Assembly: GCA_035626875.1 (NCBI GenBank)
Contig: DASPMV010000007.1
Span: 19,848 to 83,847, forward strand
Length of the DNA stretch: 64,000 nucleotides
Reading direction: 5' to 3'
Origin: Noviherbaspirillum sp.
GTDB lineage: Bacteria; Pseudomonadota; Gammaproteobacteria; Burkholderiales; Burkholderiaceae_D
The position numbers and the translations under genes were made by a program. Positions 10,240 through 22,392 of this stretch are shown here, in pieces. Each line of letters opens with the position of its first letter. Within the stretch, counting starts at the first letter, position 1. The notes under the pieces were generated by a model that searched no databases, was not told where the DNA came from, and saw only the letters and a program-made list of their open reading frames with translations.

Positions 10240-10391
10240 TCATTGCAGCGACGTCTTCCGGGTCGAAATAAGCATCCCTCCCGGCGCAACAAGATGATGT
10301 GAAGAGCATGACGTCGTTGCCGCGGGAGCGGGGCCGGATGCCTTTCTACCCCTCTCCGCCACGCCCCCGTTCACCATACCGCACGCGCAAG

Positions 10392-11381
10392 CTACTCGCG
10401 CCGCTCACCATCCTTTGCCGCGTAGCTGCGCAGCACTTCCGCCAGTCGGCTCGCTGCTGGCGTGGTGAACCATGGCCGGCCGTATATCAGGTAGAGCATC
10501 GACCGGTACACTTGCTTGTCACCCAAGGGAAGACAAGCAAGCTGGCCCTGGTCCAGCCACTTCTGCACGCGATGCTTCGGCAGCCATGCATAGCCCAATC
10601 CTTCGCACACCGCAGCGACGACTGTGTCAAAACTGTTCATCGTCCATCGCCGTATCTGCTTTGATCCGCATGCGGCCGGCTTGCCGGTGCCACTCCCCGG
10701 CCCCATCTCGATCTGAATGTGCTGCGCGAGATCCATCGAACTCGGCTCGCGCTCGAGCAGCATGAGCGGATGCGCGGGATGCGCAACGGCGACGTACTCG
10801 ACCTCGGTCAGCGGCTCACCAAGGTAGCCAAGCGGAACGCGCTCGCCGATCGCCAGGTCGACGTTTGGATCGCGCACGATGTCTTCCGCCTGCAGAACAG
10901 GCACCTCGCGCAGGCGTACGTGTGCCGCCCCTTTGCCGATCTCGGTGAACTTGCTCAGGGCCTGCGTAAGCACATGCACGGGGAAGTTGTGGTCGACGAC
11001 GAGCCGCACTTCATCGCCCCATCCCTGGCCAAGGTTCTTGGCGAAGGTTTCCAGTTCAACTGCGTCCTTGAGGACATTGCGGGAGCGCTCGAGGAGCGCA
11101 CGTCCCTCCGGTGTGAGGATGGCCTTGCGCCCCTCGATGCGGAGCAACGGTGTGCCCAGCTGTTCCTGGAGTTTTGACACGGTGTAGCTGATGGTGGACT
11201 GGCTGAGGTGCAGCGATTTGGCCGCTTCCGCAAAGCCGCCGCAGTCGATGACCGCGTGGAAAATCCGCCATTGCTTGAGACTGACGTAGAGGTTGTGGAT
11301 GTCATGCGGCCGTGAGCGGTAGGTTGCACGCCCGCTGTCATGCCTTGCTTGCTTTAATTCTTGCGATCTCGATTGCGTCAT
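10392..11381 (-). CDS. LysR family regulator
   Basis: GGFAEAAKSLHLSQSTISY HTH and substrate-binding domain; convergent with the bEBP. Confidence 0.9.
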   Translation of the reverse strand: MTQSRSQELKQARHDSGRATYRSRPHDIHNLYVSLKQWRIFHAVIDCGGFAEAAKSLHLSQSTISYTVSKLQEQLGTPLLRIEGRKAILTPEGRALLERSRNVLKDAVELETFAKNLGQGWGDEVRLVVDHNFPVHVLTQALSKFTEIGKGAAHVRLREVPVLQAEDIVRDPNVDLAIGERVPLGYLGEPLTEVEYVAVAHPAHPLMLLEREPSSMDLAQHIQIEMGPGSGTGKPAACGSKQIRRWTMNSFDTVVAAVCEGLGYAWLPKHRVQKWLDQGQLACLPLGDKQVYRSMLYLIYGRPWFTTPAASRLAEVLRSYAAKDGERRE

Positions 11382-11557
11382 AGTGCTTCCCTCGTATTCA
11401 GAACGGACGACCGCGACATGGATGAGGCGTCCCGCATTGACTCCCCATTCATCGCACTGCTCGCCGGTGTTGCCGGATGTGACTGCGTGGTTGGCATTGC
11501 ATGGCGTAGACGTGTTATCCCTCCTGCACTCCGTGCCGTGGTCGGACGCGAGCTTCT

Positions 11558-11573
11558 AGCAAAACATACGCCC
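11558..11573 (-). promoter_or_regulatory. Putative sigma54 -24/-12 promoter for the LysR gene
   Basis: Minus strand GGGCGTATGTTTTGCT: GG-N10-GC with TTGC, pointing at the 11381 start. Confidence 0.5.
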
Positions 11574-11980
11574 GTGCTGGCAAAGCACTGATTTACCTCG
11601 CTTTTCGGCTTGCGTCCCGCCCGCGGCTGTCCTGAGGTGTATCAGCGACGTTGTGACCAACATTGGTGCACAGCAGGACACGGCCGTTGCCCGCATGAAT
11701 TGGCTCCTGCATGCTTGAGAACGTTCGCGCGTCGGCGACGGCATTCGCGTACCGAATCAGAGGAATACTTCATGAAAATCGATCATTCCAGTCTCTCCGA
11801 CCGCGCTGCACGTGCCTCGTTTTTCCATCGATAAAGCACAAAGATTGCGAATGACTATCGAAATTTCCTCAAGATGTGATGTCGAGAGATGTAAAGCGCC
11901 GTGCTCAGAGACGGCGCGTACGGCGCTGCAAGAGGACAGCGGCGAAGTCGGGGTGGCGGCGCATGCATTTCCGTACCAAC

Positions 11981-12021
11981 AAAAAAAACCCGCCACGCCT
12001 GCTTGCACAGACAATGGCGGG
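11981..12021 (-). terminator. Rho-independent terminator of the candidate sRNA
   Basis: CCCGCCA-U-UGUCUGU-GCAA-GCAGGCG-UGGCGGG followed by U8; GNRA loop and G-U pairs work only on the minus strand. Confidence 0.85.
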
Positions 12022-12086
12022 AACCGGAGAGGGTAATACGTCTTGGTCAGCGTGGCCACAGGGCACGCCGCTTCGACGTCGATCTA
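11981..12086 (-). ncRNA. Candidate sigma54-dependent base-pairing sRNA (~105 nt)
   Basis: Bounded by a consensus sigma54 promoter and an intrinsic terminator; 5' hairpin, unpaired AUUACCCUCUCC seed; no convincing ORF. The 5' end is estimated from promoter spacing. Confidence 0.7.
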
Positions 12087-12097
12087 CCCGGGATATC

Positions 12098-12112
12098 GCA
12101 AGTGGCGTGCCA
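12098..12112 (-). promoter_or_regulatory. Sigma54 -24/-12 promoter
   Basis: Minus strand TGGCACGCCACTTGC, a perfect TGGCACG-N4-TTGC match. Confidence 0.85.
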
Positions 12113-12250
12113 CTTCTGCAAACGCTTGATTCGTTTACGCTTGTCCTGCATCCCTCAGAAAATCCGAGTGGGCATCGTCCAAAAGTGTCACCCTGGCGTT
12201 CATTTGCTGCGCGGACTTCACGTGGGGCATGCGTCCGCTCAATCGGCAAT

Positions 12251-12280
12251 AAAAAAAAGGCGTACCTTTCGGCACGCCCT
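12251..12280 (-). terminator. Rho-independent terminator of the DUF4148 gene
   Basis: GGGCGTGCC-GAAA-GGTACGCCT followed by a T-run on the minus strand. Confidence 0.85.
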
Positions 12281-12304
12281 TCATTGCTCTTGATGACCCA
12301 GAGA

Positions 12305-12595
12305 TTAGCCGCCGAAATACAGCGGACGGCCCGATTGGTTGCGCACTGCCTGGACGACCTCGGCACGCACTTCCTCGCGGCTCCTCGTCGATGCGACTTG
12401 CGCATGCTCGATGAACTCGCTGTTGCCGGCGAGGCGCTCTTCAGCGCGTGCCTGCTCGAGCTCAGCACGCACTTCCGCACGGGTCGTGGTCGAACCCTGG
12501 TTGACGTGCTCGACAAAGATACCGTTGTCGGCCGCGGAGGCGCTGCCCGTTGCTGTAAATACCGCGATGGCTGCGACGACTTGTTTTGCGTTCAT
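12305..12595 (-). CDS. DUF4148 family small exported protein
   Basis: GGGGAG RBS, signal peptide, twice-repeated TRAEVRAEL/SREEVRAEV motif. Confidence 0.8.
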   Translation of the reverse strand: MNAKQVVAAIAVFTATGSASAADNGIFVEHVNQGSTTTRAEVRAELEQARAEERLAGNSEFIEHAQVASTRSREEVRAEVVQAVRNQSGRPLYFGG

Positions 12596-12775
12596 GTTGA
12601 GGCTCCCCATAGATAAATTCGATAAATGTGCTAAGCCGGGCTCGGTGCAAGCTTTCCCCGTCTCTGTGGCGATATATGTCGCCCATCGATAAGTCGCAGT
12701 GTAGAGATTGCGCGGATCACAAAAAAGACGAATAATCGCAAGATACTATTTCTAAATCAGAAACAATAGACAACG

Positions 12776-13690
12776 ATGGACAGACTGCAATCCATGCGCG
12801 TCTTCGCGAAGGTGGTCGAACAAGGAAGCTTCGCCGCGGCAGGCAAGGCGCTGGACATATCCAACGCCGTAGTGACGCGTCACGTGGCGGACCTGGAAGA
12901 GCATCTCGGTACGCGCCTCCTCAACCGGACCACGCGTCGTTTGTCCCTCACGGAAACCGGGCATGCCTATCTCGAGCGCGTGCTGCAGATCCTGCAGGAA
13001 ATCGAGGACGCCGAAGCGATCGCCTCATCCCAGTCCAAGAAGCCGAGCGGCACGCTGCGCCTCTATTCCCACCTCGGTTTCGGACAGGCGCACCTGGCAC
13101 ACCTGCTGCCCGCCTTTGCCGCAAAATTTCCCGATGTCACGCTGGACGTCACGCTATCTGACAGGTCCGTCGACCTGGTCGAGGACAGCTACGACGCCGG
13201 CATCTTCATTGACTTCCAGAAGTTCGACAGCGGCATGATTGCCCGCCAGCTTGCCGTGTCGGAAGCGATCCTGTGCGCTTCACCCAAGTACATCAAGGAA
13301 CGCGGCGCGCTGCGCAGCGTGGACGATATTTCGCGGCACGCGTGCCTCAATTTTTCCTATGAGCAGTTGCGACATTACTGGCCCACGAAAGGCCGTGATG
13401 GCGAGACGGTCAATGTGCCGATCAGCAGCAAGGTGATCTCGAACAACGGGGAACTGCTGCGGCAATGCGCCTTGGCGGGAATGGGCATCATGATCCGCCC
13501 CTCCTTCGCACTGGGCGACGACCTTGCCGCCGGCCGGCTGGTCCGCCTGCTGCCGCAGCATGAACTTGGCCAGCTGACCGTGATGCTGGTGTACCCCAGC
13601 CGCCGGCTGCTGTCTGCGAAGGTCCGCAGCTTCGTCGATTTCATGGCGCAGCAATTCCCCCGGCCGGAGAGCGACCCGTGGCTCTGGTGA
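12776..13690 (+). CDS. LysR family regulator (CrgA-like), divergent from the DUF4148 gene
   Basis: MDRLQSMRVF, LLNRTTRRLSLTE, SAKVRSFVDF. Confidence 0.93.
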   Translation: MDRLQSMRVFAKVVEQGSFAAAGKALDISNAVVTRHVADLEEHLGTRLLNRTTRRLSLTETGHAYLERVLQILQEIEDAEAIASSQSKKPSGTLRLYSHLGFGQAHLAHLLPAFAAKFPDVTLDVTLSDRSVDLVEDSYDAGIFIDFQKFDSGMIARQLAVSEAILCASPKYIKERGALRSVDDISRHACLNFSYEQLRHYWPTKGRDGETVNVPISSKVISNNGELLRQCALAGMGIMIRPSFALGDDLAAGRLVRLLPQHELGQLTVMLVYPSRRLLSAKVRSFVDFMAQQFPRPESDPWLW

Positions 13691-13756
13691 TGCGGCACGC
13701 GCCTGTTTGTCCCGGACGTGCTATGTTGTAGCTTCAGCCGAAATTTTCCCCCTACC

Positions 13757-14527
13757 ATGTGTCAGCTACTTGGCATGAACTGCAATGTCCCCACGGACAT
13801 CGTGTTCAGTTTCACCGGATTCGCCACGCGCGGCGGTCGTACGGACGAGCACAAGGATGGCTGGGGCATCGCCTTTTTCGAGGGCGCTGGCGTGCGCCAC
13901 TTCGTCGACTACGAGTCCGCGGTGGCTTCACCCATCGCGGACCTGATCAAGCGCTGCCCGATCAAGTCCAAGAACGTCATTGCCCATATCCGCAAGGCCA
14001 CCCAGGGACGTGTCTCGCTCGAAAACTGCCACCCCTTCGTGCGCGAACTCTGGGGCAGGTACTGGGTCTTCGCACACAACGGCGACCTGAAGGACTTCTC
14101 GCCCCGTCTCGACGGCGCCTTCCGCCCGGTCGGCACCACTGACAGCGAACAGGCTTTCTGCTACCTGCTGCAGCAATTGCGCAGGCGTTTCGGCGACGCG
14201 CGCCCCGAACTGGACGCCATCAGCGCTGCCTTGCGCGAACTGACGGCGGAAATCGCCCGTCACGGCACCTTCAACATGATGCTGTCCGATGGCACCGCAC
14301 TCTTCGCGCACTGCTCAACCCACCTGCACTACATCGTGCGCCAGCATCCCTTTGCCACAGCCAAGCTGTCCGACGAAGACCTCAGCGTCGACTTCTCGCA
14401 GGTCACAACGCCGCGCGACCGTGTGGCGATCATCGTTACCGCGCCGCTGACGACGAACGAGACCTGGACGCAATTCGCGCCCGGCGAACTGAAGGTCTTT
14501 GTCGAAGGTGAGCCCACCGCACTTTGA
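13757..14527 (+). CDS. Class II glutamine amidotransferase (YafJ-like)
   Basis: N-terminal MCQLLGM nucleophile Cys; HKDGWG, HIRKAT, NCHPF, HNG, TDSE motifs. Confidence 0.92.
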   Translation: MCQLLGMNCNVPTDIVFSFTGFATRGGRTDEHKDGWGIAFFEGAGVRHFVDYESAVASPIADLIKRCPIKSKNVIAHIRKATQGRVSLENCHPFVRELWGRYWVFAHNGDLKDFSPRLDGAFRPVGTTDSEQAFCYLLQQLRRRFGDARPELDAISAALRELTAEIARHGTFNMMLSDGTALFAHCSTHLHYIVRQHPFATAKLSDEDLSVDFSQVTTPRDRVAIIVTAPLTTNETWTQFAPGELKVFVEGEPTAL

Positions 14528-14809
14528 CGAGGTGCAGCATTGCCCGGCGCAGGTGCGGCCCAACAGACTGTCAATCTTGAAACCAATGTAAGTGCCCGCT
14601 AATGAACGTTCGGGGCTGTTTGCCTGTGCACTGCACAATAAGAAGTTGCACGAAGGCAATAAGAATAGGCTAGAGTGCAGCTAGAAATTCGGCATCCGGC
14701 TTTGTCCTGCGAAGGTGTAAACAGGTCGTGTGCGTTGCCCCAAACCCGCAACCCATACGACCTGTGCGCGCTTGCTCCTGGCGCGTGCAACGCTTGGCCC
14801 CCGCCCTGA

Positions 14810-16135
14810 TTGCGGGGCACATGGCATCTCAACGACGAGAACAACAAGAACGTGATCATCGCCGACTCATCAACGGGCGTGTCAACCGCCATACCGCTGA
14901 AAGTGCGGGAATTCTTCCTCGCCCGCCAACCCATCCTCGACCGCACCCAGGCGCTGGTTGCCTATGAGCTGCTGTTCCGCAACGCCGCGGTCGGACCGGC
15001 CAGGGTGACAAGCGACTTGTCCGCCACCGCATCCGTCATCGCGCACACGTCGCAGCTTGGCATGGAAAAGGTCATCGGCGATTCGGTCGGCTACCTCAAT
15101 GTCGACGCAGCCGTACTGATGAGCGACATCTTCAAGTTCCTGCCGCGCGAGAGGGTCGTGCTCGAGATCGTCGAGACGATGAAGGTCACGCCGGAAATCC
15201 TCGCGCGTATCGAACACCTCGTCGCGGACGGATTCCGCTTTGCGCTGGATGACGTCATCACCGATTCCGACGATGTGCAGCAACTGTTGCCGCTGGTGGA
15301 AGTCATCAAGTTCGACCTGCGTGACATGCCGCTGTCTGCGCTGCTGAAGCTGACGCCCCGCTTCAAGCTCTCGAACAAGAAACTCCTGGCCGAGAAGGTG
15401 GAGACCCAGGAACAATTCCAGACCTGCCTCGACCTCGGCTTCGATTATTTCCAGGGCTATTACTTCGCCAAGCCAGTCATCCTGAGCGGCAAGAAGCTCT
15501 CCCCTTCCCAGCTTGCGGTGATGCACCTGATGTCGCTCATCAATTCCGATGCCGACAACGACGACATCGAACGCGCCATCAAGAAGGATGTGTCGCTGTG
15601 CTTCAACCTGCTGCGGCTCGTCAACACTCCCGCTGTCGGTTCGCCGCGCCGTATCGACTCGGTGACGCAGGCCCTGATGGTCCTCGGTCGCAACCAGTTG
15701 CGGCGCTGGCTGCAGATCATGCTGTACGCGGAACCGTGCAAGAAAGGACAGGCGATGACGCCGCTGCTCCGGCTTGCCACCACCCGAGGAAAATTACTGG
15801 AACTGATCGCGCAACAGGTCGAACCGCGCAATCGCGGCATGGCCGATACCGCATTCACGGTCGGCATCATGTCACTGATGGACACGCTGTTTTCCATCCC
15901 GATGGAAGAGATCCTGGAGCAGGTGTCCGTCGTCGATGCCGTCAGCGACGCCCTGATGCATCGCAAGGGCCTCTACGGCGACATGCTGAGCCTGGTCGAG
16001 CAGATGGAGCGCATCGAGGAGGCCGGGTCCATGCTCGACGACCTGGTCGATCATTTTCACCTGTCGTCGGAAGACCTGGTGAACCTGCAGCTGTCGGCGT
16101 TCGAATGGAGTGACAGCGTCGCGCGGTACGCATGA
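14810..16135 (+). CDS. EAL-HDOD domain protein (YuxH-like)
   Basis: FLARQPILD..YELLFR, LAEKVET, YFQGYYF, C-terminal HDOD; start uncertain. Confidence 0.88.
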   Translation: MRGTWHLNDENNKNVIIADSSTGVSTAIPLKVREFFLARQPILDRTQALVAYELLFRNAAVGPARVTSDLSATASVIAHTSQLGMEKVIGDSVGYLNVDAAVLMSDIFKFLPRERVVLEIVETMKVTPEILARIEHLVADGFRFALDDVITDSDDVQQLLPLVEVIKFDLRDMPLSALLKLTPRFKLSNKKLLAEKVETQEQFQTCLDLGFDYFQGYYFAKPVILSGKKLSPSQLAVMHLMSLINSDADNDDIERAIKKDVSLCFNLLRLVNTPAVGSPRRIDSVTQALMVLGRNQLRRWLQIMLYAEPCKKGQAMTPLLRLATTRGKLLELIAQQVEPRNRGMADTAFTVGIMSLMDTLFSIPMEEILEQVSVVDAVSDALMHRKGLYGDMLSLVEQMERIEEAGSMLDDLVDHFHLSSEDLVNLQLSAFEWSDSVARYA

Positions 16136-16153
16136 CCGCATCTGCGCCAGACG

Positions 16154-16185
16154 AAAAAAAACGCCGCCTCGCAGGCGGCGTTTTT
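16154..16185. terminator. Bidirectional intrinsic terminator
   Basis: A-run, CGCCGCCT/AGGCGGCG hairpin, T-run between the convergent EAL-HDOD gene and metH. Confidence 0.85.
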
Positions 16186-16198
16186 CATTCAAGGCCTG

Positions 16199-19942
<3,744 letters not shown>

Positions 19943-19960
19943 GTTGGACTCTCAAAAAGC

Positions 19961-19992
19961 AAAAAACCCGGTCAGCAAAAGCAGGACCGGGT
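19961..19992 (-). terminator. Attenuator terminator in the metH leader
   Basis: Minus strand ACCCGGTC-N11-GACCGGGT-TTTTT between the aptamer and the start codon. Confidence 0.75.
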
Positions 19993-19999
19993 CTGATCT

Positions 20000-20092
20000 C
20001 CGCTTTAGCTGCATTTGGTAGTGGGACTATCCCCTGGAGGACTGCACCCTGGCGCCCGCAAGCTGGTTTGACTTGTTCAATCAAATCGGCGC
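20000..20092 (-). ncRNA. SAM-II riboswitch, long-loop variant
   Basis: GCGCC-GAUUUG...AGCUUGC-GGGCGC...AAAUGCAGCUAAAG follows the SAM-II pseudoknot pattern with enlarged loops; lies upstream of metH. Confidence 0.85.
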
Positions 20093-20278
20093 AAGAAAAA
20101 TTATACGGGAATTCCCCTGGGCGGTTAAGAAATGCACATGATTGAAATTCTTGCACTTTGGAAAACACCTGTGCCGTTTCGGCACAGATCCTGTGCGCTA
20201 CGGCCCGTATTTCCCGGCCGTGTCCGCACTTATGCTTTCGTCGTGCCCTGAACCGATCCATCCTTAAGGAGACGCACC

Positions 20279-20662
20279 ATGCCCCTCGTCACCCTCACTG
20301 TTCGCAAAGGCAAGACTGCTGCATTCAAGAGCAGCGTATTCGAAGCCGTACATCGCGCACTGGTTGCTTCTGGCGTACCGGAAACCGACCGCTTTCATCG
20401 TGTACTGGAACTGGAGGCGGAAGATTTCCGCTACGACGCCGGTTACCCCGACCTGTCGTCGCCACGCACCAACGATTTCGTGCTGATCGAAATCCTGCTG
20501 TCCGTCGGCCGCAGCGTGAAGGTGAAGAAGAAGATCCTGGCCAATATCGTGGAAGGGATCGCGCACGCTCCGGGCCTCGACCCGGAGCAGGTGATGGTTG
20601 TCTTCAAGGAAACAGTGTGGGAGAACTGGTCGTTCGCAGGCGGACGCCAGATCCACGTTTAG
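20279..20662 (+). CDS. Tautomerase family protein
   Basis: AAGGAG RBS; N-terminal Pro (MPLV), [15 protein letters not shown]. Confidence 0.88.
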   Translation: MPLVTLTVRKGKTAAFKSSVFEAVHRALVASGVPETDRFHRVLELEAEDFRYDAGYPDLSSPRTNDFVLIEILLSVGRSVKVKKKILANIVEGIAHAPGLDPEQVMVVFKETVWENWSFAGGRQIHV

Positions 20663-21612
20663 GCGAAACGTCCGCCTTCGAGAGGGAAACCTTTGAGGAA
20701 CTCGGCGGCGGGCAGGCGCTTGCCGCCGGGTTTTTGCAGCTCGAGCACGCGCAGCGCTCCCTGGCCGCAAGCAATCAGCACACCGTCCTGCGCGGATGCG
20801 GCAAGTACCGTGCCCGGCTCGCTCGAGGCCACTCCGGATACCGGCTCGGCACGCCAGAACTTGACGGCCACATCGTTGAATATCGCGGTCGCGCCGGGGA
20901 AGGGATTGAATGCGCGGACCTTGCGATCAAGGATGTCCGCCGGCTGCGTCAGATCGAGGGCGGCTTCTTCCTTCGCAATCTTGGCCGCGTAGGTGACACC
21001 TTCTTCCGGCTGCGGCGTGGCGTTCAAGCCGCCCTGCCCTAGCTTGCGCAGGGCATCGACGATCATGCGGCCGCCGAGCTCGGCGAGCTTGTCATGCAGG
21101 CTTGCCGTCGTATCGGTCGCCGAGATTGCGATACGCTCCGTCAGCAGCATCGGTCCGGTGTCGAGCCCCTCTTCCATCTGCATGATCGTCACACCCGTTT
21201 CCGTATCGCCGGCTTCGATCGCGCGATGGATGGGCGCCGCGCCGCGCCAGCGCGGCAGCAGCGATGCGTGGATGTTGATGCAACCCTTCTTGGGAATGTC
21301 GAGCACGCTGCGCGGCAGAATCAGGCCGTAGGCAGCGACGACCATGACGTCGTGCGGCGTGGCGCGAAGGAGCGCATGCGCCTCCTCGGCGACCTCGGGG
21401 TATTTGCCGTTCAGGCGCAGCGACACCGGCTGCGCCACCTGCATACCGTGCCCCACAGCGAACTGTTTGACGGGCGATGCCTGCAACTGCATGCCGCGGC
21501 CCGCCGGACGATCGGGCTGCGTCAGCACCAGCGGAATCTCGAAGCCTGCCTCATGCAGGGATTGGAGGGCGACGGCGGCAAATTCCGGAGTGCCGGCAAA
21601 AACGATTCTCAT
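20659..21612 (-). CDS. fmt: Methionyl-tRNA formyltransferase
   Basis: [38 protein letters not shown]. Confidence 0.98.
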   Translation of the reverse strand: MRIVFAGTPEFAAVALQSLHEAGFEIPLVLTQPDRPAGRGMQLQASPVKQFAVGHGMQVAQPVSLRLNGKYPEVAEEAHALLRATPHDVMVVAAYGLILPRSVLDIPKKGCINIHASLLPRWRGAAPIHRAIEAGDTETGVTIMQMEEGLDTGPMLLTERIAISATDTTASLHDKLAELGGRMIVDALRKLGQGGLNATPQPEEGVTYAAKIAKEEAALDLTQPADILDRKVRAFNPFPGATAIFNDVAVKFWRAEPVSGVASSEPGTVLAASAQDGVLIACGQGALRVLELQKPGGKRLPAAEFLKGFPLEGGRFA

Positions 21613-21679
21613 GCTTATTGGTCTTGTTGCAGGCGCGCTGGCCCGGAAAGAAAAGAAAGGCGCCGGAGCGGCGCCTGGA

Positions 21680-22213
21680 TCATCGTGCGCCGACAGTCTT
21701 GCGCTGCTTCGCCAGTTCTCGCTCTTCCTTCTGGAGCTTGGTCTTGATGCGATTGCGCTTGAGCGGCGACAGGTATTCGACGAAGACCTTGCCCTTCAAG
21801 TGATCCATCTCGTGCTGGATGCAGACCGCCAGGAGGCCGTCCGCATCGACTTCGAACTGCTTGCCTTCGAGGTCGTAGGCGCGCACCTTGACCCGGGACG
21901 GGCGTTCGACGCCGTCGTAGACACCGGGTACCGACAGGCAGCCTTCGTCATAGACCTGCCGCTCCTCGCTCGCCCAGACCACTTCGGGGTTGATGAACAC
22001 CTGGAGCTGGTCATGGGTTTCCGACACGTCGATCACGATCAACTGCTCGTGGACATCGACCTGGGTCGCGGCAAGCCCGACGCCAGGCGCGTCGTACATG
22101 GTTTCAGCCATGTCGGCGGCGAGCTTTTTCAGGCGCTCGTCAAATACGGCGACCGGCTTGGCGACCTTGTGCAGGCGCGGATCGGGATAGCGAAGAATAT
22201 TCAATATGGACAT
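21680..22213 (-). CDS. def: Peptide deformylase
   Basis: [19 protein letters not shown] motifs. Confidence 0.98.
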   Translation of the reverse strand: MSILNILRYPDPRLHKVAKPVAVFDERLKKLAADMAETMYDAPGVGLAATQVDVHEQLIVIDVSETHDQLQVFINPEVVWASEERQVYDEGCLSVPGVYDGVERPSRVKVRAYDLEGKQFEVDADGLLAVCIQHEMDHLKGKVFVEYLSPLKRNRIKTKLQKEERELAKQRKTVGAR

Positions 22214-22392
22214 ACGGCTTTTGCGCAACAACTGCTGGAACTAGGATTGTCGTTTCTCTTGCTAGTTCAAGGATTTATGTGCAGAATTTGATTCAGTTTG
22301 ACAAGTTACGTCAGGAAACAATTTGTTACACTGACAACATGCAGTGGCGATAAGAATAGTCGTTGTTTTGAGCCACATTTACCGGACTGACT

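Noticed and set aside
11701-11714. TGGCTCCTGCATGC, a possible plus-strand sigma54 promoter
   Set aside because: GG-to-GC spacing is 9 nt rather than the required 10.
11772-11834. 20-codon ORF MKIDHSS... with a GAGGA RBS
   Set aside because: Too short, no supported promoter, no recognisable features.
11757-12616. ORFs 11757-12059, 11876-12616 and 11905-12516 over the sRNA region
   Set aside because: They cross terminators or overlap the DUF4148 gene, lack an RBS and have unprotein-like composition.
14576-14602. CTTGAAA upstream of the EAL-HDOD gene as a sigma32 promoter
   Set aside because: No CCCCAT -10 element at the proper spacing.
19943-20278. Cobalamin or SAH riboswitch upstream of metH
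   Set aside because: No B12 box or SAH core seen; the sequence fits SAM-II instead.
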